Below are positions 25,301 to 36,400 of a stretch of DNA of 36,601 nucleotides, piece by piece. The notes under the pieces were generated by a model. It did no database searches and had not been told where the DNA came from. It saw nothing but the letters and a program-made list of their open reading frames with translations. The position numbers and the translations under genes are program-made. The stretch covers positions 434,001-470,601 of the forward strand of contig AP026157.1 of NCBI GenBank assembly GCA_030295235.1, in the 5' to 3' direction. The stretch is from Fistulifera solaris (taxonomy: Eukaryota). The first letter of the stretch is position 1, and each line of letters begins with the position of its first letter.

Positions 25301-26577
25301 TCCGATTCGTCGGGGATCTCTTCTTCTTCCCCTTCTTCAAACAAGATATCCATCAATTCACGATAAGGAACAAATACAGGATCCTCCTTCGCACGAAAAA
25401 TGTAGCTCATGATAGGTCTTCCTTTCTTGCCCCCGTACGTTGAAATCACATTCTGACGAGTCTTGTGCGCGAATTTCCGAAGCAAACGAAGCGTGCCATC
25501 GGGATCCGGAATTGGTGTTTCATCTTTGATTTGACCTGGTCCAGATGAAGTTCGACGTTCATGAGTAGGGAGCGGGACAGACGAGGGCGTTTCGTTGGAC
25601 TCGGAATGGTCGAATGCGTCCTCTAGGTGTTGCTTATCCTCTTCATTCATTTCTTTCCCTTGAGAGGGTGTGTCAGCAGTCTCGACAGGGTCTCCGCTAT
25701 TGGCTTCCGCGTCCTCTGGGCCTTGCGCCGCAAGTGATCGCTGCATTGCATTCTCTTGTGATTCCGTTGACTGCTCTGTTTCAGAAAGTTGCTCGGCAGA
25801 GGGCACTTGAATAGTAACGGGAGGATCAGAGGGCGATTCCGCCGCAGTGATAGTCGCTTCATCAGCAGAGAGCTCAGCTTCATCTTTATTTAACTCCTGA
25901 ACCCCGTCGCCAACAAAAGACTCCTGAATAGCCTCATCATCATTCGAATCCTGCAGCTCATTAACTCCGGTTACGTCAGTTTCTGCTGCTGCCTCTTCGG
26001 TCACTGTGTCCGTGGGCTCCGCAGCTGGCGCTGGCGCTGCCGATCCAAACCACCCGCTGAAGTAGCTAGAATAAGAAGTCACTGGAGCATCCACTGTGTT
26101 CGAATTTGGCTGTGAATCCGAGAACGCTTCGTCTAAGGGAGATTCATCACTAGAATCTGCAGGCTTTTCGTCGACGCGCGTATCGGATAGAGGAGAATCT
26201 ACCTGTGTCTCCTCGGCTCTTTCTTCCTTGCTTTCCTCAGTAGGCGGGATATTTTCGGCAGGAGTCTCTTCTTCGGTTTCAACGCTGGTCTGCTGCTCAT
26301 CTTCGGCGTGAGGAGGAACAGAAATGGTATCTTCAAGTGCCCCGCTCGACTCATCTTCAATCTGAGGCGCCGGAAGCTGTTCTACGAGATCTTCTTCGTT
26401 CGGTCGCAGCAAAGAAGGAGCTTGAAGGTTACTTGTGTCACCTGGCGGCGATTGCATCGCGCGTTTGCTGTTGTTACTCAATTTAGGGGTTTCCTCTTCG
26501 ACGGCGACAGTCAAGCCCGCAAATAATCCGGTCATTCGAACGGGAGACTCCGCCGACGTAGCGCCGTCCTGTTCCAT
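19379..26577 (-). CDS. Large Sec7-domain ARF guanine-nucleotide exchange factor (BIG/Sec7 type). Introns 23373-23451 and 20183-20258. Contains one in-frame TAG and two frameshifts in this sequence.
   Basis: HUS box (IFLNYDCD), Sec7 motifs FRLPGEAQK|IDRIMEKF and AFILSFSIIMLNTDLHN, and HDS motifs (NLQKLVEVTHYNM, AMYAVDSFRQMS, FQKRFLKP, LRSGW, WWPIL). TAG at 22341-22343; frameshifts near 22090 and 19835. Confidence 0.93.
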
Positions 26578-26899
26578 TATATCAAAACTTGTCTCTTACG
26601 CAATAATCTCTTTACCGCAATAAAGAGTATGGTACTACGCAAAATTAAAAACAGTTTGCTGTGAAGTCTTTTTATAAAACGCTTGCTGTTTACGACTTGC
26701 AGCGCATAATGATAATCTTTTCTCGTCGTCTCGCGTCCGTTTCGCTCTTATTTTCTCCCCCCGCGTCTTTTGGATCTCTCGCACACACACGCGAGGAATG
26801 ACGATGACCTTTCAACGGTCACACGCCGCTTTTTTGTAGGCTCTTACGTCAGGAACGTGACTAAAACGCAGCCGTGATAAAGAAAGAGCTACAAGTACT

Positions 26900-27500
26900 C
26901 GGCGGCTTCACGAAAATCACGTAGACATTCGAAGGAAAGGACTGCATCTTTTCTTTTTCTACGATTGAATGTTCGATTTGGAACCACTCTTCGCTCATCA
27001 CGCATTGAAACGATTTATTTTGATGTTGATGAACGTTCCGACGACATTGGACCAAAACAAGCAATATCCGGGCGTCCCGTGCATCGATAAATTTCCTACG
27101 ACGCCTACGTAAACTTAGCGTAGGCAATCGAAGTGCTGCACGGTTGCTCCATTTTATGTTTCGCGTTCGAACTTTCGGGTGCTTATTGCTTAAGGACACA
27201 TGTTATCCACGTTGAATAAGAAACCGTTGGTGGCAAAAACACCCGTGAAATGGAGACGCTGGAAATTCACAATATCTGGGTGCCCCCTACATCGATAAAC
27301 TTCTTACGGCGGCTACGAGACTGAGACGTAGAAATTCAAAGGGCTGCATCTTTCTTCTTTTCTACGATTGAATAATACATTTGGAACCTATCATCACTTT
27401 ATTTAAACGACGTATTGATAGAGATGAAATTTCGACGAGATTGGAGCAGAACAGCCGAAAATTGATGAGGTCGAAAACAAGCAATATCCGGGTGCCCCAT
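26900..27500 (+). repeat. Degenerate ~210-bp tandem repeat (about 3 units), possibly a relic of a repeat-protein gene
   Basis: AATATC(C/T)GGG recurs at 27063, 27271 and 27483. CTGCATCTTT...TTTTCTACGATTGAAT occurs near 26942 and 27344. AAAACAAGCAATATCCGGG occurs near 27054 and 27474. Confidence 0.75.
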
Positions 27501-28412
27501 CTGTAACCTTAGAACGAGATGAACGGTTGATGGCGAAAAACGCGACAAGCGCAACAACAATAAAACGCGTTTTTACCACAGGTGTCAATTATAAGGGCTT
27601 TGTAACCTTAGGGGCTTTTTCTTGATTTAATTGTATATTTAATGCCTACAATCGTCGAGAAATGGGAACGAATAACTATCGGAAGCAGGATCTCTTGGCG
27701 TCTGATATTTGCGAACGAAAACGCGATCTGTAAGCTCGATTCTTGATGACCACGTTCGACGCTTGAGGCGCATTCAATCCAAAAATGCTGCATTCCTCTA
27801 CATTCATAATCGAACATGACTTGTGGATATCACGGCATGAATTGCAGTTGACTTTGAATTCATATTCGGCCTTCCACATGTCGATGAGATTGCAAACACA
27901 TTCCCCGAAATGGACTCTCTTCCCCGCGTGTCGTACGTTCCTTGGCCTATCACTCTGGCGATCATTTGAACAACTCTTTCAGCCCGCCGAAACAAAATGA
28001 TACTCAATTTCATTAGAAGGGTGGCTGGATGACAATGATGGCGATTTCTTCAGTCATGTGTTCGCAAGGAGCTCATTTTCCGTTTCAAATCTCGGGCGTC
28101 GTTACGATAAATCGTCCCAAATGAGAAACATAAAACATAAACAGACTAACTTCCCCCCAAATTCGTTATGTTCAACTACATACTTGGCGAGCCAGCGTCG
28201 ATACACACAAAACAGCAGTTGCCATTAAGAAGGACCTCACATGTATCCACGCGAGGCAGCCGGCTTCTCTTCAAAGTCCAACAACGACAATATGGTCGCT
28301 CAACGTGCAAAACGCCGTTGACAACCAAAGAAGCTTTTTCAAGCCATTCCACAAAATGTGAAGGCTGTGCAATCGACTGATAGTCAAAGCAACAGAGACA
28401 CTTCTCGGAAAC

Positions 28413-29702
28413 ATGGATCGGCAAATTGAAACCAGCGACAGTCCATGGGGACCGTCTTCGACAATCAATCAAGGTACGCGGAAAGCATGTCACAGCTGCA
28501 AGGAGCAAAACCTCATCTTTGGACCGATATCTAACAAGCCTGTATGAACCGTCGTTCCAACAGGAGAGTTTTCTTACATTCCTCATCAGAACTATTCACA
28601 CGGCACCCACCTCGCGGGTCGAGAAGATCGTATTTCAGGCGCGAAAGATCATCGATATGGTAAGAAGATCCCTCGAGAAGCTGATTGCTTTTTTTCATCG
28701 ACGAACACTAACACTCTTGTCACATTGTCCTAAAGGCCGTACCGAAAATGACAACAAAGCTTTCCCTTTCGTTCCCCGACAGGGAGAGATGCTCGTCGAC
28801 CCGCACGCGCTTGATCGCGCAGGTCACTTTCGTCGAATTCCATATCCGCCATCTATTGCTTATTCTGACCGCGCGACTGAAGATATTCACCCGAAAGATT
28901 CGAGGGATGAGGTCCCTCACGACAAACATCGACGGATGCAATTTGAGGACCAAGGAATGTACATGGAGCCCGGCCAGGGCCCTTCGAACAATACCATTAC
29001 TTCAGCAATCATCATCTTCAGCACGAAGGGAGCCATGTTAGCTATTATTACCACCACGGCATGAGTGTTCACCCGTATTGGCAGCAAGGTGACCAAGGAT
29101 CCATTGTTGCACCTCCGCAGTATCCTTCGAACGCCCACCACGGACTCGGAGAAGGCCACGAACATTGTCAAGACTATCGGCATTTAATGAAGGCAGCAAA
29201 TACAGGAACCTCTGTTCCTCGCACTGTTCCGCTTTTCATGAGTTGCGACCACGAAAGTCTTTCCGAGTATCAATGCCTCATTCGGAAGCAAATCGAACTA
29301 TTCTGTGCAACGAACTCAGACATAGAGTTGACTGTCCAAGGCCGAAACCGTCACATCGAAGCGGGACAAGTCGGCGTCCGCTGTCGCCACTGCGCCCATT
29401 TGCCAGTTAAGAAAAGAGCCCGCGGAGCCGTCTACTATCCATCGAAACTGAGTTGTATCTACCAGGCCGCTCAAAACATGGCAACAGTTCACCTGAGTAA
29501 GCACTGCACTCTTGTCCCTTCCTACATTCGCGCGGAGCTACTGAAAAAAGATCGCAAGTCTTCGGCTGGTAGCGGTAAGGAGTACTGGGCAGTAGGGGCG
29601 CGCACGCAAGGCGTCGTTGAGTTCGACGGGAGGCTCTGGTTCGAACATAACGTATTGGCTGCTTACAATCAACACGGATTTGGCCACTTTGGACAGCATT
29701 GA
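28413..29702 (+). CDS. Paralogue 1 of a Cys/His-domain family (putative Zn-binding regulator). Exons 28413-28473, 28564-28659, 28736-29702.
   Basis: Two phase-1 GT-AG introns with CTAAC branch sites keep the frame. One base is missing near 28988. C-terminal domain: LSEYQCLIRKQIELF...GQVGVRCRHC...YYPSKL..IYQAAQNM..VHL..HC...KEYWA. Confidence 0.85.
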
Positions 29703-30093
29703 GAGGAGCGTTGTTGTGTAGATTTAACCCAAATAAGGCAAAAATAAATCAAGTCGACTGTCTCCGTAAACTTTCCTTAGCAATGTGTTTCGTCGACTTG
29801 TGAAGATTGCACATCCATTTGGCAATTAGTGAAGATAAATTCAGCCGATACCGTGAGATCTTCGAGACGCAACGGCACGCAAGTTTCGAAACGAGAAGAT
29901 CAAGAAGATCGTGTTTTAGATCTATATCAACGTACTTGGTGACGCACTCCAATTCGCTACTCTGATGCAAGGGCTTGCGGATCTCACTGGATTTCGGAAG
30001 GTCATTCTTGAATCGGAAGCTTCACGCGAAAACCTATCCGCCATACACATACTCGCTTAATAGGGGAACACATAAACACATAAATCCACCAAC

Positions 30094-31549
30094 ATGAACC
30101 CATACCAAAAACGAGAAGATTGTTCCCTTGCCAAGGAGGCAAAACAGCAACTGGTTCACCAGTCGACGCTCAAGTATTCGGGAAATGAACCAGCTGGTGA
30201 TCTTCACCAGCCATGCAGCACCGACAAGGGCAGCATCCATTTGGTTGAAGACCAAGGTACGTACAAAAGCGGAAAGAGAATGGAGTGCACCTCTTCGCCG
30301 CACTATCTAACGAAGTAGCGTTGATTTCATTTCCCCCGTAGCAGCAATCCACGCACAAGACTCCTGGCATACCGAGGAAAGCCGGAGTAAGATTACCGGT
30401 GGTCTTGGCGCCTACGAAAAGACAGAAAGGAATCATGATGAAGGATTTGTAGGTAAGCTCAAGCTTGTAGAGCGGCAAAGGAGCACAACCACGATGCAAA
30501 GACTCTCACACAACTGCCTGTTTCGTGTTGAAGGAAAGCGCCACAAATCGTGGCATCACGCTCCCAGCAACCCACCGGTCGAGGCATTTCCGGCCTTCTA
30601 CGTTGGCTCTTCCATGCCGTATCCTGTTGATTTTCTCTACGCAACGGACGATCACATGCCCGCGTTTTCCGTAGATGCAGAAACTCCAGCCCACGCTGGC
30701 ATGGTTCACGGAAGCTACTCGTCATTTCGACTAGCAAACCGTCGATGGGGCGATCAGCCTCACGAGTATCATGGTCATCTCGCTACAAATAGCTTCCCCG
30801 AACTCCAGGTCCACTCCTTTACAGAAGACGGTCCGCTTTCTACCGGCTTTGGCGGAATTCATGACTACCCGCAATGGGTGTATCCCCCACACACGCAACA
30901 GTTTGCGTCCGTCACTCCCAATCCGTTTGCCAGCGAGTCCAACACGATGTACTACGGTGTTGAGAACCGTTCTTTGTTGCCGGCGTCGAATCACACGAGT
31001 TCGCAGTACTTTCATTCTCAGCAGGATACCGAAGAAGCGGTTGCCGAAGTCGAAAGTCCGCCGAGAGACTTTTCCGAGTCGAGAACAACGTCTTTGTACC
31101 TTGCGTGCGACGCCGATAGTCTTTCCGAGTATCAGTGTCTCATTCGCAAACAAATTGAATTGTTTTCCGCGACGTACTCGGATATCGAGATGACCGTGCA
31201 AGGCCGTAACCGCAAGATTCACGCGGGGCAAGTCGGAGTGCGTTGTCGCCACTGTGCTGATATTCCCATCAAGAAGCGAGCTCGCGGTGCCGTCTACTAC
31301 CCATCGAAACTGAGCTGCATTTACCAAGCCGCTCAGAACATGTCGTCGGTCCATCTAGTGAAACATTGTACACGCGTTCCGGCTTCCATTCGAGCCGAAT
31401 TGATGAAAAAAGACCGCAAATCTTCGGCAGGAAGCGGCAAGGAATATTGGGCCGTCGGGGCACGTTCGATGGGCATTATTGAAATTGACGGAAGACTGTG
31501 GTATGAAAGCGATGCGCCTGCATCCTGGAACGATACGGTTTCGATCTGA
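30094..31549 (+). CDS. Paralogue 2 of the same family. Exons 30094-30256, 30342-30452, 30534-31549.
   Basis: Phase-1 introns 30257-30341 and 30453-30533 give an uninterrupted frame into ORF 30494..31549, which carries the same C-terminal domain. Confidence 0.9.
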
Positions 31550-32148
31550 GCACTTTTCAACGCAGAAACGCCATTGTGACGAATTCAGTCGTCTTTGATT
31601 ATCGACCTCTCTAGATATCTTTTTTACTGCATCATTGGATTAATACTACGCATTAGAATAATAAAAACAATAATGAAATGCTTTTTTCTTGTTCTCTTGT
31701 TGTGCATCGTTGATCGTTGATCGTTAACCTTATTGCTTGCTTCCCTCCTTCAATGACGATGGACAGACTCCGGAATACGGAATGCGAAAGTTCAAAAACG
31801 CACACGTCAAGGAACCACAAAGACAATGACAGAATTTCCGTGCCCGCGTTCTACGCGAGCAGTAGTACTGAGATATGCGAGGTCGCTTAGTCATCTACGA
31901 AGTCTTGGGAAAATTTTTCTACTGTTTACTATTACATCTTCATTTTACCGTACCGTTTAGAGTCCTAAGTAATTTTTTTAACAGCACAAATGAATGTACC
32001 TTTCCGAATGTCAGTTCCGAGTCACGTTGTCACATTTTTTTCGGCGTTCGGCTTTTTATAGCTCATCGTCGCCCTTCGCATTTATTTGCAATCCGCGAGC
32101 GCCACCCGAGGGGCATGGGGTAAATGAACAATTCTTTGAAGAGGAAGA

Positions 32149-33649
32149 ATGGAAGGCGATTACTATGATTACGAAAAGAATTTATCAAGAAGTTTCGACT
32201 CCTCGGATCAAAATGGAAAGCATTTTGATTCTAGGAAAAGGCAACGAATGGAAGCGCCAACCTTTTCGGACCTCAAAGGATCGCCTTTGAGTGCAAACAC
32301 GCCAGCACACTCAGCATCAGCCAAAGGTAAGCAATCTCGCATTGTTTGATTATCAAACGGCAGCAGCATCACCGCATAATTGATTTGATTTGACTGTCCC
32401 ACGGTAACTGACGCATTTTCTTACTTGGCTGTTTTAACTCTTACAAAATTTCGCTTCGCAGATCGATCGGCGTTTCACAGCAATTATTATTCCGACGACG
32501 TAGACGGCACCAGTCCAAGTCCATCAATTCACCAGCATCCATACTACAATTATGATTACTCCGAAAGGCGCACAAGCGGTCGCTCTTACCCAGGTGAGGC
32601 GGAATTATCAATTTTCGATCATCCCAGTCTACAAGGATCACACGATATCTCACAATTTGTGCGATGTTTTCTGTGTCTTGCAAAATTTAGTTCCCCCCTA
32701 CAAGCAACAGCCGTTTCCACAATATGGCGAGCACGCTGCTTCCTATTCTCACCCGTCAGTCACTTCCACGGATGTAAGCTCTGAGAGGCCGGCTTATTAC
32801 CCCGACAATCCGCATCATTCATCGGGTCACTATGCACCTGTCCATTGGGATCCTTACAGCTATCATCACTATCATCACTATCAACAATTTCAACACACAC
32901 AACAACCCTGGAACAATCCTATTTCGAGATATCCTTTGAAAGACGATTCCCAGAATAGCGGTGCGGGTCCGCATTCATCGTTTCAGTACCCAAGCAAAGA
33001 CGAGCGACCTCCGGATTTTGTGCCGCCCGCAGCTCCTCCTTACCCATATTACTTCACCAATTACCCTGTACACTATCCACATCCACAACATGATTCCAGT
33101 TACGGGAAAGGGCCACCGCTGAACTCTTTTATTCGGGCCCAGACGGAATGCCGCTGCACCCCGAAGACATGCCCCCTCCGCGGACCATGTCACTTTACAT
33201 GGCATGCGACGAAGATCGTCTTTCCGAGTATCAATGTCTGGCACGAAAACAGATTGAAGTATTTTCAGCCACTTATTCCGATTTGAAAATGACGGTGCAA
33301 GGACGCAATCGTCAGGTCCTTCCGGGGCAAGTGGGCATCCGATGTCGTTTTTGTTCGCATATTCCCGTCAAAAAAACAAGCGCGGGCGTCAGTCTACTAC
33401 CCATCCAAACTCGATTGCATCTATCAAGCAGCACAAAACATGGCGTCCGTTCATTTGGCAAAGTACTGCTCGTTCGTTCCGGAAGATATTAGAAGCGAGT
33501 TGCAGCGACACATGAAAGACCGAAAGTCTTCCGCAGGCGGCGGGAAGGAGTATTGGGCAGTGAGTGCTCGGTCCTTGGGGATTGAAGAATGCGATGGACG
33601 ACTCCGTTTCGCAACTCCGATTACCGACGACTCCTCACGTGCGACCTAG
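32149..33649 (+). CDS. Paralogue 3 of the same family. Exons 32149-32326, 32462-32593, 32691-33649.
   Basis: Phase-1 introns 32327-32461 and 32594-32690 join ORFs 32149, 32425 and 32552. Frameshifts near 33110 and in the A7 run at 33370-33376. Same domain (CRFC...VHLAKYC...KEYWA). Confidence 0.85.
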
Positions 33650-33780
33650 AGCGATGATACAGCAAATCTTAAATTAAATGAGATCGAATTCACACTAGGA
33701 AACGATCTCCGACACGAACAACGACTGAGCTAGCTGACTCAACAAAAGAGTATTTGTGTAATAATATTACCGAATTAGAG

Positions 33781-35540
33781 TTAACCTAAATTCAGTTCAT
33801 CATGTAGGTGAAAATCAGTCCTCTCTGACAAAGTAGTCGGTAGCAAAAGGTTGACACTGTCTTCGCCGTCGTCCAAGTGAAATGTGCTCAGATCGATCTT
33901 TGGTACCACAAAAACTGCGAAGACTACCGTGAATCCCTGCAAAGCAGCCTTTGATTGTTTTACGTTCATTCGATAAATAAATATGTAAGCAACAGTTCAA
34001 TTTGATGCAACCACAGTACTATTCCGAGCTTTCTATTTCACTCACCTTGCCAAACTGAAACACCTCTTGTCGAGCAGCCTGAGCCAGTGGACCGATTTCT
34101 CCTCCCGCGTAAAATCCCAGACAAGGAATATTTGGAAAGGCCTTTCGAAATCGCTTTGCATCCGCCATCTCCTCGCGTAATAAATGGCTTGCTTCCGGTC
34201 CACGCCCATTACAACTAATCATGAGAGCCCCTAAGAGCTCTTCATCTTTCAATGCGTCTTGCAGTTGCTGCATTCGCAAATCCATATCTTGCAAGCACGC
34301 GTCTCCGTTAATTTCAAAAAGGTCCATGTTCTTTCCTTGCAACGACTCACTTCCCATAGATGCATCAAACAGTAAAAAGAAGTCGACCATGCTCGAAAGT
34401 TGATGCACGTTGCATAATGTGAAGCCATCTTCATCCGGGTTGCGAAGCCCCACTAGCGAGGCTCGACCGAACTGCCGCATCATTTCCATGTACGTGTACA
34501 CCTTTCCTGTAGATCGATCTTCAATACTCGATATCTGGTGATACGGTGGCGCCGAGGAATCGGGAAAAATAAATCCGTCGTCGCCAAACCGTAAATACTG
34601 TGCTTCTTTGACCCAAAACGACGTCTCGGGTCGTGGCGGACCCATCAATGTCATACTGCGCATACCCCGTGACACCACCGAGCGTACCGGCACATCTCCT
34701 CCCATCATAATACCGAACACCCCTTCTTCCACCGTCTCGGCTATGTACTGCTGTCCTTGAACTATGTGCATTAAGTTTGAAACCAAGCTCTGTTTTTCCT
34801 CGACACCAATGGTCACGGAGCAACCCAAGTCTCTCATGATATTGTTCACTTCCAGTTCGGACAAGTTGGCAACGTCACCGGGCAGACTGCTGCTCGGGAG
34901 CGAGATAAAACCACTGGTACAGACTCCGCCTACAATTGTCGCTTGTGGGTATTTGTTTTGAATGAGTAAAATTGTCGATTCGAGTTTGGCGTAGCACAAA
35001 TTCTCCCCACACGCAAATATCATACAGACTTTGCAGTCGAATGAATTGTTGTCGTTGTCGCGTAGAATCTGATGCATGTCGCCTTGTTCCCCACTCTCCA
35101 AAAGAAAAGGAAGTATTGTGACGTCAGGGAAGCTTCCCAGCATAAGTGAATCACGGCTGCTACATTCAACTTCAGAAGACACACAACATTGAATACTTGC
35201 TGCCATTACACCCAGTTGAATTGTATCGGTCGGCAAGAATTGAGAAAGCAAATCTTCGGGCGGCGTACTTCCGAAATCGGCCTTGCCGAAGTAAAGAAAC
35301 CAAACTGGGCTTGCATTGCAACTGCTGCACCGCGTCGCGACATACTTCGGGAAACGTGCGTTGGCGAGTTCGTACTTGCGGAATACGCGAGGTAGAAGCT
35401 ACCAACTGCGGTCCTCGCAATTTTTGGAAGCTGCGCACCAAGAATAAGAAGCGTTTCGACGTTGCCGCCAATCTTCCCGAATCCGGTACAGCGAGATACT
35501 GGATCACGTGCAAGAGCAAATCGGAATTCAAGACGTCCAT
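33781..35540 (-). CDS. F-box-like plus FIST domain protein (FBXO22-like architecture). Intron 33949-34045; frameshift near 35300.
   Basis: The N-terminus LNSDLLLHVIQYLAVPDSGRLAATSKRF is F-box-like. FIST motifs: YPQATIVGG, GALMISCNGRG, FPNIPCLGFYAGGEIGP, and spliced ...QFGK|AALQGFTVVFAVF. Confidence 0.85.
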
Positions 35541-36400
35541 TTTAGTGCGAGAAGTGAAAGAAAAAGAATGCAGATTGTTAATTAAGAATGATAGGTCTCG
35601 ATGATTCTCAATGATTTTGCTGTTGATTGATTTTTTTTGACGACGACGACACACTTCTTTTCGTCGCTCGTGACGAAAGCTCGGTGAGCAACAATCCAAA
35701 AAATACTATACAAGCAAGTGTAGAAAGGAAAGTGAATATGAATTAAAGTGTATACTACCTTTTCTTGGCGTAATTGTCAGTCATGAGCATTTTTGAGTCA
35801 TGAGCCGTGTGTCACGATTTACGATTGACACGTGGTACACTGTTAACGCATTCGAAACGGCTACTTAACGCTCACCGCTCACCCATCCGCCACTTTCGTT
35901 ATCCTGCGCCAAAGACAAAGAAGAAAAAAAAGCTCTCGATGCCATCAATGAATGAATGCATGATCAATATAAAACCTTTCATAGACAGAGAATATAAGCG
36001 GTGATGCTACCAAAAGAAATGCGAGGGAGTATTCCGGTTTTTTCTGAAGGTTCAAGCGAATTATCGTGCACTACTTGCTTTGTAAGCCTGCCGACGAAGG
36101 ATCATCTCACGCTCTTTTGAATCGATCGTTCGCCCCTTGCAGTAATGCTGCGTGAAGCTCCACATCCGATCTTATATCAGCTTTACAACGCAATAAATAC
36201 ACGAAGCGGGTCATTACGATTCACCAAAATGATTTGCCAATTACAGCGGAAATTTTTGTCCGAGACGGAAAATGCTCCGTCGCCAATCTTACAAGAATTC
36301 ATGCTCTCTGACAATTTTCTTAGCAAGTTTGAGTCATGTTAGTGACTGATTTTCCATAGTATTTGTGTAGTCTACTACTTATACTACACAGAGACGGCGC

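Noticed and set aside
9958..26623. Numerous antisense or overlapping ORFs of 60-210 aa (e.g. 11924..12556, 14349..14951, 20748..21377)
   Set aside because: They are shadows of the long ASPM and GEF coding sequences and carry no recognisable motifs.
26900..27500. CRISPR-like array
   Set aside because: The spacing is about 210 bp, the intervening sequences are themselves homologous, there are no cas genes, and the context is eukaryotic.
7839..31810. TGACGT/ACGTCA (bZIP/aureochrome-type) sites upstream of several genes (about 7840, 8053, 17353, 26847, 31805)
   Set aside because: A 6-mer is expected many times by chance in 36 kb on two strands, and enrichment cannot be shown by eye.
4203..35310. 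Programmed ribosomal frameshifting or RNA editing as a shared system
   Set aside because: The shifts fall at arbitrary positions in unrelated genes, go in both directions and mostly lie in short homopolymers. There is no common slippery motif. Sequencing indels explain them more simply.
9256..35540. Alternative genetic code (TAG reassigned), suggested by the in-frame TAG in the GEF gene
   Set aside because: TAG is the normal terminator of ASPM (9256), the plastid protein (16796), the GEF itself (19379) and paralogue 3 (33649). Only one internal TAG was seen.
35776..35805. Direct repeat AGTCATGAGC x2 with a TGAGTCA site in the telomere-proximal promoter
   Set aside because: It could be a bZIP element, but it is too short to support without conservation or binding data.
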